This document shows positions 11,916 through 25,334 of a stretch of DNA of 64,000 nucleotides, in pieces. The notes under the pieces were generated by a model. The model worked only from the letters and a program-made list of their open reading frames with translations, was not told the DNA's origin and did not search any database. The position numbers and the translations under genes are program-made. The stretch spans positions 25,482,001 through 25,546,000 of the forward strand of contig OX597833.1 in the NCBI GenBank assembly GCA_951406725.2, written 5' to 3'. Source of the DNA: Octopus vulgaris (Eukaryota). Every line of letters begins with the position of its first letter. The stretch's first letter is position 1.

Positions 11916-13819
11916 AAATATAAAGAAATGCTTAGCAAAAAATAGCTTATTCCCATTTATGTTCTCTGGTGGCTTTGATGTTTTCGCCTTGCCAACCCAC
12001 AGCCAATCGGTTGTTGTTGGCTGAAATGATCACCATTAGTCACCCTACCATTTGTCCTCGCGTCTTAACATAGCTTTTAATGTTTATTATTTACTTGTTC
12101 GAGTCACTAGACTGCGACCATGCTGGGGCATCACCTTCAAGGTTTTACTCAAGTTCTAACTAATTGTTTTACCTATGGGCCCCTTTGATTACTTCTTTAC
12201 TATGGTGAACCCACATAGCCATTTGATATTTTAAAAGATTTATAGACACTGCTTTCAAAATTTCTCTTTTGTTTTTTTTAGAATTAACTTGTAGGTGTGC
12301 AATCGCAATTACTGGAAACATGGTGAACTGTGTAAACCTTTTTTTTTTTTGGCAATAAATACACCTAAAGCACAATTTGTCATTGACCCTTAAATTTCTA
12401 CCGTGAGCCCCAAAAAATCACACGCACATATACACTTATATATAAAATATAAGGTTAGGAGGTATGAGTTCAATATATTTATTGCACCAATTCATATCTA
12501 TAAGATGAAGATACTTTTGCAACCATGATGAAAAAATGATTTATTGTAGTGTATACAAACTATTTTGGATGTCTGTACTAGTGTATGTTGTCATCTCCAT
12601 AAGATGACCTTCCCGCTTTGTATGTATATAATGAGTTAAAGAATACATGTAACCATGATATTTTATGATCTGAACAGCTAGTCTTCTTTACCTGTATTAC
12701 CTTGTACATTGTACCGTAGTATTAAATAATTTACAACATATACACTAATACAGACATGTAAAAGGAATGTGCCATTGCTAAAGTAAATTATTTTCCCATG
12801 ACGTTGACTGCGAAATGATCGTAATCTTTCTTATGGATGTGAACTGGTGAAATAAATGAAATAAATATACTTATCTGACACCTCCTGGTTTTATATTTTA
12901 GGATGATGCAATAATCATTAATAATTAGATTTACTGGATTTTGCATTACACCCTTCTGTATAGGTTTATTATATTGTTTGTAACCTGGCCCACAAAATGA
13001 GTTTTTTTGTGAATATGACCGGATTAAGTTTACATATTGTACATTAAATTTGTATGCATATGTGTATATGTTCCTGTGAGTGTATGTGTGTCTATATAAC
13101 ACGGGATTCCATACTGTTACCGAGACACAAAATCTAGTCGAGATTATAATAGAAGGCTCTTGCCCAAGGTGCCGTGCAGTGACACACGACCTGAAATTGC
13201 GTGGGTTTGAAATGAGCTTCCGAGATTCTTAGACATAAAATGATAACTACGCGATTTGGTTATGGAATATTGTAGAGAGATATATTGCTGTATATGGTTC
13301 CAACATAAAAGAGAGATTTGAGAGTGTCACAATCCAATAAAACACATATTCATCGTTAGCTTCACGCTTATTCCTCTTTGAAGGACTAATAAAAATAATA
13401 TCTTAAAAGTGGTCATTCATAACTTGTTGCATTCCGTTCAGTAGTGTCGAGTATTGGCAAGTTAGAGGTGAATTTATGATTAAAAAATGCATTACCTGAT
13501 ACGATATGACATTACCTGATATTATATCAACTGTAAGTAAACAAGTACATATAAACACAAACACAAACACAAGTGGTGCACACACATACGGACACGCATG
13601 TCCACACACATGGATATATATACATACATATATATGTGCGAGTGTGTGTATGTGCATATACACATGTACATAAATATATAAGTATATATATGCACATATA
13701 TTTATATGTAAATACATATTGCTCATATACATATTCTGTTATACTGTTATGCGTTTCAGCCCTAAGACTGTGACCATGCCAGGGGTACCTCCAGTGTAAT
13801 CACCCTTTAATTTGTCAAT

Positions 13820-14210
13820 TCTATGTGACTGGCTTTTGGCGAAGGAGGGTGTTCGACACTGCTGCCCGCTTTTCAGTTTCCTATCTGAATATTGGTTTTG
13901 AGTTTTGACAGCAAGTAGTTTTTGAAAACACCTTCTCACCACTCCTTAGAGATCCCATAGATGTTTTGGAAAGGCGTTAAATGGGTGTGGGCCCTTGAAT
14001 CCCACCTATCATAGTACATGATCCTCACCTTTGATGAGACAACTGTGACATTTGGAACAGTGCAATAACGTCCAATTCGAGGGCTGGTATAACTCTCAAT
14101 TCCAAAGTTTGGTGTCAACCCCTTTAGCATCATCCATACATATATCACTGCATACCTCTCCAGTTTTTGTTCCGGGGAGTAGAGTCGTAACTCCTTCAGT
14201 TTCACCTAGA
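13820..14210 (-). mobile_element. CR1/L2-group LINE 3' fragment
   Basis: ORF 13936..14205 LKELRLYSPEQKLERYAVIYVWMMLKGLTPNFGI matches the post-RT LxxLxLxSLExRRERYxIIYxWKIxxG motif. Confidence 0.8.
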
Positions 14211-14227
14211 AACCTAGTATGTATGTA

Positions 14228-14275
<48 letters not shown>

Positions 14276-14276
14276 C

Positions 14277-14438
14277 ACGACGGGTTTCTTCCAGTTTCCG
14301 TCGAACAAATCCACTCACAACGCTTTGGTCGGCCCGAGGCTATAGTAGAAGGCACTTGCCCAAAGTGCTACACAATGGGACTGAACCCGGAACCATGTGG
14401 TTGGTAAGCAAGCTACTTACTACACAGCGACTCTTGTG

Positions 14439-14440
<2 letters not shown>
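14277..14440 (-). mobile_element. OR2-like CORE SINE 5' module
   Basis: Reverse complement of gctgtgtagtaagtagcttgcttaccaaccacatggttccgggttcagtccc...ttgggcaagtgccttctactatagcctcgggccgacc. Confidence 0.9.
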
Positions 14441-14485
<45 letters not shown>

Positions 14486-14619
14486 GCTCACACTTCTGCT
14501 TGCAATTTTATCGGATGCAGTTGCTCATCGAACAGACAGCCATATTGAAGTGGCTACGAAAATTATATATATATATATATATATACGCACACGCACGCAC
14601 GAGCACACACACATCTCTG

Positions 14620-14657
<38 letters not shown>

Positions 14658-14887
14658 AGTTAGAATATGGTAGCTAGTGACTTCGAAGTTTCGGCCAGCT
14701 AATCCACCGTCGGCAGAACTTCGAAGTCACTTTCATCAACATTCTTATTTAAGAATAAGTTTGTACACTTCAAAATTGTAGCGTAACTCATCAGATTAAT
14801 GTGAAACAGTTTATATTATAACTGAATATAAAAATAAACATTAATATGAATATATATATACATATGTGTATGCATGTATGTATGTAT

Positions 14888-15034
14888 TGGCGCAGGGGTG
14901 GCTGTGTGGTAAGCAGCTTGCTTACCAACCACATGTTTCTGGCTCAGTCTCTCTACGTGGCACCTTGGGCAAGTGTCTTCTACTATAGTCTACTATAGTG
15001 GATTTGTTACACGGAAACTGAAAGAAACCCGTCT

Positions 15035-15081
<47 letters not shown>

Positions 15082-15295
15082 GTGTGTATGTGTGTGTGTG
15101 TGTGCGACTGTGTTTGTCCCCACCCCACATCGCTTTAGAACCGTTGTTGGAGTGTTTACGTCCTTGTAACTTACCGGTTCGACAAAAGGGACCGATAGAA
15201 TAAGTACTAGGCTTTTTAAGAATAAGTCCTGGGGTCGATTTGTTCAACTAGAGGCGGTGCTCCAGCACGGCTGTAGTCAAATGTCTGAAACAAAA
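14888..15295 (+). mobile_element. Full bipartite OR2-like SINE (5' module, internal TA/TG microsatellite, 3' module)
   Basis: ggcgcaggggtggctgtgtggtaag...ccttgggcaagtg...(TA)n(TG)n...gatagaataagtactagg...ggcggtgctccagcacggc. Confidence 0.9.
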
Positions 15296-15367
15296 AAAAA
15301 ATAAAGGAATGTTTGTGTCTATGTATGCATGTTTGTCTGAATTAATGCTTGTATATCCAGCGTAGTC

Positions 15368-15501
<134 letters not shown>

Positions 15502-15599
15502 GTATGTGTGTATATATATATATATATACTCACACACATATATCTATCTACCAATCTAACTACGCTGAATATACATAAATATATATATATATTTATCTA

Positions 15600-16081
15600 T
15601 ATAAAAATGGGACAAGAACGCAAAACATCCAGACGGATAATACAAAAAAGGGACAAGAAAACATCCAAACAGATGATGCAAAAATACAACGACGCGTCAT
15701 TCGGACGTGTCTTTCTTCAGTCGCGTTCCAGATTATCGTTGCAATTTCCACTGATTATACTCGAGATTGCTTCAATCTGGCCAGCCCCGAGCAAAAACTA
15801 AGCCAGTAGCACTAGATTCCTTGGAAGGAAGCAGCGAATGTATACGAAAACAAGAGTGGAAAGAAACAGAGAAATGTTACACAAATACAAATGCAAATAT
15901 AGGACATTATCAACAGGTGTCTTTCGACTAAGGATGAATCAAATTGAGCTGGCGCGTGTGGAAGTGAAGCCTTACGGCAGGGACATAAGAGATGACTGGT
16001 ATGGGGAGGAATATAGATGTTGCAGAGATGGTAGTCGAACCAAGAAAGAAAGGCCAGGCTTGGCCGAACGCCGGTCACGTG

Positions 16082-16120
<39 letters not shown>

Positions 16121-16290
16121 GAGGGAGGGACGAGAAAAAGAAAAGGAACAGAGTGAAGTGAAAGAGTAGGGAAGGTGAGGATGAAGGGAAAGCCAGGAAA
16201 TATGAGAGAGCGGGAACGAAAGAAAGAAGAGCGGAAAGAACGAAGCAAGTGAGAAGGGGCTGATAGAAAGTAGGAAAGAATAATAGAGTC
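15600..16290 (-). mobile_element. Second copy of the 10575-10820 repeat family, with an extended purine-rich arm
   Basis: tgggacaagaacgcaaaacatcc...gagattgcttcaatctggccagcccc...tagattcc is the reverse complement of the 10.6-10.8 kb segment. Confidence 0.6.
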
Positions 16291-16311
16291 GTATAAAATT
16301 CATATATATAT

Positions 16312-16379
<68 letters not shown>

Positions 16380-16899
16380 GTACTTACATATAAGAGACCA
16401 ATATAAGCATGCATATATTCAATTACGAATCACACACACGTATGCAATATACGTCTAGGAACTCATAAGTAAGAGCAAATACACGTTCGTTTATTTGTGA
16501 ATAGATTTGATATATAACTCATATATTATAGATCCATCATAGCTGATCATTCCAATCGGTTTTCCACCGGATATTAGATCACTGGATATTTGATAAGAAG
16601 GTGGCTATTTGATGCACGCGCTCTACTTGGAAGATGTTAAACAAGAAAATAAAAGGCAGATGTTCTCTGTTATTGGAGGTGAGATATTATCACGTCAAGT
16701 TTGTTGATGCTGTGAATAAAAGTCGTAACGAAATCGCGGGTGGCAATTTCATAAGAGATAGATTGGTAGGCTGCTTACATGTCTACGTTGTTCGTTCTCC
16801 AATCGCGTGCCTTCAAAATATATATCCACAGCATGGTTTTCTGGACAGGTATATTCCACCTTTGATCTGATCTTTGAAAATGAATCCTTCATAGACTCC

Positions 16900-17100
16900 C
16901 TTACTCTTTTACTTGTTTCAGTCATTTGATTGAAGCCATGCTGTAGCACTGCCTTAAAGGGGTTTTGGTTGAAGAAATTGAGCCCAAGACTTATTCTTTG
17001 TAAGCCTAGTACTTATTCTATCAGTCGCTTTTGTCCAACTGCTAAGTTATTGGGATGTAAGCACACCAATATTGGTTGGCAAGCGATTCAACACAGACAC
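16900..17100 (-). mobile_element. OR2-like SINE 3' module
   Basis: cttttacttgtttcagtcatttga...gacttattctttgtaagcctagtacttattctatc. Confidence 0.85.
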
Positions 17101-17106
17101 ACAAAA

Positions 17107-17225
<119 letters not shown>

Positions 17226-17781
17226 GCTCTGATGCAGTACCAGGCAGTGGCTCTTATGGCTTCTGATCTTAACTGATTGGAAGTGTTATCATGTACATTG
17301 TTTTGTCTTGGTATAAAAGATGGGCTACAGCAAAGATGGGCTGCTCAATACCACAGATTTGCTTGTCAGTTGTTTGACCATAACCAGTTGAGCATGTCCC
17401 TTAGTGGCTGACGATATGTGCATCTCTGATCACGAGCAGAAGTAGTGGAGGAGCATCATAGCCATGTGTTGAGAGGGATTCTTTGGGGTTTGAATAATTC
17501 ACCTCTGGAAACATGGGTGTTTCGTTCAACTTCCTTAAACAACCCTTATTCAGGGACCTTTTGAGCGGGATGGGTTACTCGATCTGAAGAAAATTCTAAC
17601 TGGGCTCCACCTGCAAGGTCATGTGCTGTTTATCTTGATATGAGATCACCATGTCGCGCACATATAGTTGTGATGCATGTGCCTGGTGTACCCTTATCAG
17701 ACGGGTAGTCATGATGGGCATACTGGGCTTCGTATATTTTACCCCAGTGTCACTTTGATGGCATGCTCTGCTCGCTCACTC
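17226..17781. mobile_element. Unclassified ~556-bp interspersed element inserted in (AAT)n
   Basis: Complex block, clearly more GC-rich than its flanks, with sharp edges and (aat)n on both sides; no ORF of 60 aa or more and no TIR seen. Confidence 0.6.
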
Positions 17782-18295
17782 AATAATAATAATAATTATT
17801 ATGAATATAGCCACGTGTAGTCATTTTACCAAATATATACGTTTTATTTATTATTTTGCATATTACTTCATAATTGGTATATGTTTTTATCTTATATTTA
17901 ATTTTTTCTATAGGATGTCATTTTTTTCTATATGGTATAATTTAATGTTTTCATTGCTAAATTGATAAAAGGAGCTTTTTTTTTCTAATTTATATATGGG
18001 GAGTGTGGTTGTGAAGCAAGCTTCTTACCACACAGCTACGCCTGCGCCAATTTACAACAGTGGGTGGATTTTAATATGAAATAACAATTCCATACAATGT
18101 CAGGCTTTCTTGGTTCGTAGAATGAACCTATATACCTGACGAGATAGACCCCTTCTACAAACCAACGAGCCTATATGTTGCATGGAGCGGAATCCAACTG
18201 GTATTAAACATTATATATAACTCCTACCTACTATATAGAATGCCACATCCTTTGACCATCTATCGTATATAATGTATTTGTGTGTGTTGTGTGTG

Positions 18296-18347
<52 letters not shown>

Positions 18348-19204
18348 TAATATCTAAAAATATATGACTCATTATTTTCATTGTTGGTTTTATTGTTGTT
18401 GCTGTGTTGTATTGGGAGAAGAGGAAATAACAGCTGACTTTTTCTAATGAAGTTATTATCGTCATAATTATTATAATTCTGATAATTATAATAATTATTA
18501 CATTTATTGATGAAATAGAGCTATAATTGCAATTTCAGCTATAACAGCGGCAACGGCAAGCAGAATAACCACAACAACCACAACAACCACACCGACCACA
18601 ACAACTACCCCTTAAGTCGTAATCTAAGAAATGATAACTCAAATAATGGCAAAAATCAAAATAAAAAAAAGTAGCTTAATAAAATTAGCGATTTTAGAAA
18701 ATACATAACCTCATTAATAACATTAACAAGAAAAATAATAATAATAACAGTCCTTTAATCAAGGAAACAAGGAAGAATACTTTAAGGAACAACAACAACA
18801 ATAACAAAATAACTGCAGTGAATTCTTAAGCAAAATCAAAACAAATATCCCAAAGAACAGATGTAAGAAAAGAAGCAATAGCGTCCAAAACAATGTTAGC
18901 GACAAATATCACAAAAACAAAGCATTTTACAAAATAGCAACCAGATCCTCTTCTTATGGCACGCTGTTATTTTTAAGAGAGTAAGGAGCATTCGTCAATG
19001 AAGTCCCTGATGCTTAAATGGACAGGAGTGGCTGTGTGGTAAGTAGCTTGCTTACCAACCAACTATGATAAAGTGCGTGAACTCACATTATTACAATGTA
19101 AAAATAAAAGGAATCGATGAAGCTAAAACATTAATCAAAATGTTGAGAATGACCCCCGAATTAATTAATATCTGGGATGGTACTGGTGATGATGATAATA
19201 AATA

Positions 19205-20870
19205 ATAATTATTATTTCTACTCCAGGCACAAGGCCTGGAAAGGTTTGACGTAACTGGTATTTATTTTATCGACTCCGAAGGATTAAAAGTAAAGTTCAC
19301 CTCGGTGGAATTTGAACTCAGAACGTAGCAACAGACGAAATACCGCTAAATATTTCACCCAGCGCGAACGATTCTGCCAGCTCACCACCTGAAAAGAACA
19401 ACCCTTTCTTCAATAAACGGAAGGTCTGAATCATTTTTGAGAGTGGATTGGGTTTCGGTTACTTGATTACATTGCCCCTTGTGCTTGATTTGTACTTTAT
19501 TTTATCGACCTCAAAAAATAAGAGAGAAAGTTAACCTCGGCGACATTTGAACCTAGAATGTAAAGAACCGAGAGAAATGTCACTAAAGGTTCCTTTTAGA
19601 TGCGCTGACAGCACGGCCAATTTATTACCTTAATAAAAATAGTAATTTCTAATTTAGGAACAAGGTCAATAATTTTAATGGGGTTGGGTAGAGCAGTCAG
19701 TACCATTGATCTCAGCACTTGAATGGCACTTTATGTTATTCGAACCGGGAAGGACGAAAAGTAAATTGGAATCCAGAGTGAATTGAATTTAGAACTTAAA
19801 AAGCAGGAAAAAAAATATCGCATGGCATTTTATTCGATACTCTACAGATTCTGTCAGCCATTAATAATGATTGCTAGGACAAATAATTCTTTCTGCTATG
19901 GACACAACGCCTAAATTCTGGTGGGGCGGGGGAAAATCGATTACATAGACCTCAGTGTTCAACTGGTACTTATTTTATCGACTCTCAAAGGATGTAAGGT
20001 AAAGTGAAATTCGGCGATATTTGAGCTCAGAAGTTACAGACGGAAAAAATGCCGTTAAGCATCTTGCCCAGCACGCTAACGATTCTGCCACTCTCGCTGC
20101 CTTATAAACAATATTAGAAATGGTTTCAAATATCGGGACAAGGCCAGCAATATCAAGGAAGGGTAAATGCCACTAAGCATTTTGGGCCGTGTGCTAACGA
20201 TTGTGCCACCTCACCGCCTTATAAATAGTATCAATAATCCTTTCTACTATAGGCACAAGGTCTTAAATTTTAGGGGAAGTGATAAGTCGATTACATCGAC
20301 CCACAGTGCTCGACTGGTACTTAGTTTATCGACCCCCAAAATGATGAAAGCAAATTTGACCTCAGCAGAATTTGAACTCAAAACGTAAGAACGGACGAAA
20401 TGCCAGCAGGCATTTTGCCTCGTGTGCTAACGATTCTGCCAGCTCACTGTTTTATAAAGAGCATTAATAATAATTATTGTTCTTAACGTAAGAAACTTTC
20501 CAGGCACTACATGGAGGTAAAGGATATTGTCGATATAATTCACCCCTCCCCCACTGTTAAACTTTGATTGGCTTTTAACTCATATCTTTATGGCACGTAA
20601 CTAAAGGCTATACGCCTTATGTTCGACACTCGAACATAACGTGACGAGGACACTCGAACATATCGTAACAGGGACATAATGATTTATGAATGCTTTACGA
20701 ATGGTGGGGGAATTGTAGCAGAATATATTGATGCCGGTACTTAAGCAAGGAAGCTTGATAAGACAACATCATCGTTAACTGGATTTGATCTCAGAATGCT
20801 TAGAAATTTAACTGAATACCCCAAAGTCATTTTATTTGTAGCTTTGCCGATTCTGCCTCTCACCAGTCTA
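19205..20870 (-). mobile_element. Head-to-tail cluster of about 7-8 Meta/MESC-core SINE copies
   Basis: Repeated ggcacaagg...ttttatcgac...tttgaactcagaa...cgattctgcc modules starting near 19216, 19405, 19645, 19890, 20120, 20238 and 20720. Confidence 0.85.
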
Positions 20871-23584
20871 GAAAATACAGCGAAATAATGAAGCAAATTA
20901 ATAATTAAAGCGATAAAATAAAAGAATTAGATAGAGAAGAGCGATGGAAGAGGGAAAGTAACAGAAACAAAAAGACAGGAAGAATGAAATTTGCTTTGAA
21001 AGAAGATAAAAGAGAGAAAGAGGAAAGTCATTACATAACAAATTAGCCTGCTGAAATTGGATGCGCGGATAGTTTCAGCTTTCTTATTGGAAAGACATTA
21101 GCAGGAATTTGAAAAAAAAAATTAAATTTAAGAAATAATAAACAATAGAAAAAGTAGTGATTTGAATAAATACCAGCAAAAAAATGACGAACTGAATGAT
21201 TGCAAACTGAATTTGAAGAATATGATAATACAGAGCTTAGTTTGGAGACTGTTTTTAAATTAAAACAAAAATATTTCAGCAATTCTTGAATTATTGGAGT
21301 GTGTATGCAATCAAAAGAAATGGCGGGCAATGCTAGTTCAGCATGTACCTTACTATATTTAGAATTAATGAGATTTTTGAACATTTTCTGAGAATATAAT
21401 CGCCTTTTGGTTTAATTTAATATCTCGTGCAACGATTAATTCTAAGCTAGACCAGCCTCAATCGACATAAGGAGGAACTGCACGATTAGCAAGCTAAAAT
21501 ATAAATATAGATTTATATTTAACGATCTAGTGAGAGAGAACAGTTAGATTGTCATTTGTTTTGCTATAAATAGCAGCGAAATAGGCTTCATATTACACTC
21601 CACTGCTTTAAAAATATAACAAACGTATTCTCTACAATAAATAAATATATGGCGATGGCGTTGCTAATGGAATCTTGAAACCCTTAGATCATGTAACTGC
21701 TCGATTGAGTGTAGCTTAAAGGCTAAACGATAAGAATTCAAACATCAATATTTGACTTTTGGTTTCATCACTCTTACAAATCACTTATTCAGATATCCAA
21801 CAACAACACGCACACACACAGAGTATATTCTTTAGAGATTCCAACATCTTAAATCTCGATGCGCCCAATCACCCTCCCGAAGTCTAGTTTTTACATTATC
21901 CAACATCACACTAATATAACATATCTTAAGACCCGCAACAAATACTACCGGGCGTTTTGCAGACGCGCTAACGTATTTTTGCCTTCTCCCAAACTTTCAT
22001 CAGACTACATAGCGGCAAATGGATAAAAAATCTGTTTCTCTCTCCGCTAACCTATGTCGATTTTGTATGAATTGCCTACCTCACGATTTGAACCCTGAAC
22101 TGAGATCCACAGTAAATAACACAATGCTTTCTAAAGGAAACCCTAATGACCCTGTTAATGGTCCACCCTGTTTACTCAATACACCTGAAGAGCTAAAACT
22201 GCAATATATTCGAGTTTCCACACAACATTTCTAATTTAAAACATGAGAGTGTTCATAATGCAGAACTCAACTAAGTTAAAACATGATGTTGCATATAGAT
22301 GATCAATGAATCTTTGTATGGTACATAGTTGTTTGACCGACTACATTTGTTCCATAGGGCTGAGAAAGGATGACGCAAAGCACATCTAGAAAATAAATTT
22401 AAAAAATCTACTCACCCTTTTCCTCTATGAGACATATACGTCGTTTCCTCCATCTCTATTTCCCACGTGACCACCCCATGAAACATTGCTTGCTATGCTT
22501 ACATTTCTTCATTCCCTCTTCACACTCAAACTTCCTGAACAGAGTATTATGATATAAATTTCATAATTCTTTGAAGAAGAGACCTATCCTATATTTCAGA
22601 ATTCATTTCTCTTCACGGGAAATAAGTTTATTTCATTTTAGCAATTGTATATAGTTAGTTACATAACATTCACAATTACTGTCATATATTAGAAACCATT
22701 AGAGTAATAATGCTTTCTTTATAGAAACCATTATAGTAATAATGTAAAATAAATTCAATTACTGACTACATCTGAAGAGAGAAAAACAAAATCATTATAT
22801 TTTCATTCGTTTCGGTCTCTGTTCGTAACAGGTCAAATATTTCTTCATATTATATAACATAATGGTACAGAGAGATGTGTAGGATGGTGAGTATAGCATA
22901 CGTAGTTATTCCTAAGTAACATATAAAGACCGTGTTTTAAACAGTAGAAAATCAGGGAAGGGCTATGGCGGTCAGTCAACAATTATAAATAAGAGAAAAC
23001 CATTTAGCTGGGGGAGAAATATGTTCTAACATTTTGATTAAGAAGTATAGTCGGTGAATGATTAGAATAAAATATATTTCTTCGAACTGCAGCGAAAATT
23101 GATGTTAAGCTCTATTGCAATACCTATGAAAACGAGCAGATTCCTTTTCCTCAGCTCTAGTTTAGTTTAACACTATGTACAACGCTAAAGATACTGACTG
23201 CCCAGATATAAAAAAAATCTACATCCACAATATCATATTACCACAGAAATTTACTATTTTGCAGTCACTTCTAAAGAGGAGGATCAATTAAGTCTGTATC
23301 GATCTTATTTGATCTGGGTTTAAGAAGAAAAAGACGATTATCGGAATTATAGTGTATAGTGAAACAAAATTCCTCAAGGCATTTATTTGCTTTCGTTTAA
23401 TTTCAATTCCCACTCAGGTTGATCTCACCTTTCATTGTTCAAGCATAAATAAAATATGTACCAATCAAGTTCTGAGAATATATGTGACTATCTAACTTCT
23501 GTTAACCACTACGCTTTTGTTTTGTGTTTTGTGTTTTGTGTTCTTATTGGCGATGGTATTACTTTAGTATTCTTAATAATAATA

Positions 23585-23935
23585 ATCCTTTCTATTAAAG
23601 GCACAAGGCCTGAAATTTTAGTGACTGGACTAGTTCATTGCATCGACCCCAGTGTTTCACTGTTACTTAATTTATCGAACCTGAAAGGATGAAAAGCAAA
23701 GTAGACCTCGGTGGAATTTGAACTCAGAACCTAAAGACGGACGAAATAACGCTAAGCATGCTAGCTTAGGCACAAGACCAGAAATTTTGAAGGGTGGTTA
23801 GTTGATTACATCGAACCCTGTAATTGAGTCGTACTGTATTTTAACTAGGCAGCATTTGAACTCAGAAAGTTAAATATCGGAAGTAATACCGCAAAGCATT
23901 CTGTACAACACCAACACTTCTGCCAGATCGCCTTT
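23585..23935 (-). mobile_element. Two tandem Meta/MESC-core SINEs
   Basis: Two ggcacaag...tttgaactcagaa modules. Confidence 0.8.
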
Positions 23936-24087
23936 GTTACAATATAAGAGCCAACTGTCAGCCGCCAACGAGTATGGCTTTGAAAATTATATCATAGTTT
24001 TGTTAATTGTTTTGGCATCTATGGAGTCACGAGCAGACAGACACTTCGCCGATACCTTCGTCTTTGGACACAGAGAAACATTCAGTG

Positions 24088-24313
24088 AAAAGCGGTGAGC
24101 TGGCAGAAACGTTAGCACGCGGGGCGAAATGCGTAGCCGTATTTCGTCTGCCGTTACGTTCTGAGTTCAAATACCGCCGAGGTTGATAAATTCCGCCGGT
24201 GTCGATAAATTAAGTACCAGTTACGCACTGGGGTCGATGTAATCGACTTAATCCGTTTGTCTGTCCTTGTTTCTCCCCTCTATGTTTAGCCCCTTGTGGG
24301 CAGTAAAGAAATA
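24088..24313 (+). mobile_element. Young Meta/MESC-core SINE (long-tail variant) with target-site duplication
   Basis: Head gcggtgagctggcagaaacgttagc; B-box gagttcaaat; 14-bp TSD agaaacattcagtg (24074-24087) / agaaacgttcagtg (24314-24327). Confidence 0.9.
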
Positions 24314-24960
24314 AGAAACGTTCAGTGTATGGTAGCTGGTTGAATAATGAGCTGTGTCAGAACTCTGATGAGGCTCATTTTCAACTGAGTGGATTGAAAC
24401 AACGTGAAATGGGGTTCCTTAGCAAATGGTTTGATCGACTAAACATTCTCAATGCGGTGCTCCAGCGTGACCGAATAAATGAAACAAGTAAAGGGAGTGT
24501 GTACATACACGCACTACCATTTGTGCGTGTATATGAATGAATAAATATTCTTATATTTTCGTTACTTATATATTCATTACTGAACATTGTAACGGGCAAA
24601 ACTTTTGAAGAATATGCATCATCCACATTCGCCGATTAACAATGATAACGCGCGCGCGCGCGTGTGTGGGGGAGGCATACTTATCACTTTATGCAAAAAA
24701 AAAATTCCTGGTGATACGTTGTGGTTGAGCTTTCAAATACAAATGGAACACTGTTGGTGTGCTCCAAACAAATATAAAGGTGAAACGCGTGTAGGAACTA
24801 TAATATACATTTCTGTTTATCCTTATTTCTTCAATGTATGTATATATGGAACTGCAAATACAATATCCTTATATATCTCACTTCTATTTTCATTCTCTTA
24901 CTTCCCTCTGTAGTTCATATCTTCTCTACAATAATTAATGCTCAAACATTTTCTCGCACC

Positions 24961-25008
24961 GTCTCTGATGAAGGGATATATAAAATATCCCGGAAACAAC
25001 TGTAAGAC
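24961..25008 (+). ncRNA. Type I minimal hammerhead ribozyme (Penelope/retrozyme-type)
   Basis: gtct-CTGATGA-a-gggatat(ataaa)atatccc-g-GAAA-c aact-GTA-agac: stem I gtct/agac, 7-bp stem II, 2-bp stem III, GUA cleavage triplet. Confidence 0.75.
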
Positions 25009-25275
25009 CTTTTCTTGATAAATGCTATGAAAACTGTTTACAGCCTGAGAATTTTTTATCTAATTCTATCAATTTATATATGTATGCAAATGCATGACCC
25101 ACGTTAGACTCCTCATTCATATCATTATAGATCCTGGAGCTTAACCATCGTCTGACCATAGCACTTACTTAGCATTACCCGACACCTTTTGGGTCTTCTT
25201 GACACCAATACCCCTCATACCCTCGATATATATATATATGAATACACACACACACACACGCACATATATATATAT

Positions 25276-25334
<59 letters not shown>

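Noticed and set aside
14740-14800. Minus-strand CTGATGA followed by two hairpins
   Set aside because: The GAAA box and UH triplet would need several edits; too degenerate to call.
21043-21384. 113-aa ORF or possible hAT transposase remnant
   Set aside because: No motif I can match with confidence in any frame.
20618-22745. Short direct duplications (20625-20672, 22690-22745; also ~33617-33665) as CRISPR-like repeats
   Set aside because: Only two units each and no spacers of a repeat-spacer array; these are ordinary slippage duplications in eukaryotic DNA.
24325-24540. ORF containing SDEAHFQLSG, which looks like a Tc1/mariner catalytic motif
   Set aside because: The DNA (ctcatttt..caactgagtggattgaaacaacgtgaaatg) is the reverse complement of the SINE body seen at ~54100, and no other transposase motifs follow.
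24703-24800. cctggtga...gaaacgcgtgtagg as a second hammerhead upstream of 24961
   Set aside because: Mutated core, weak stem I and no clear stem II.
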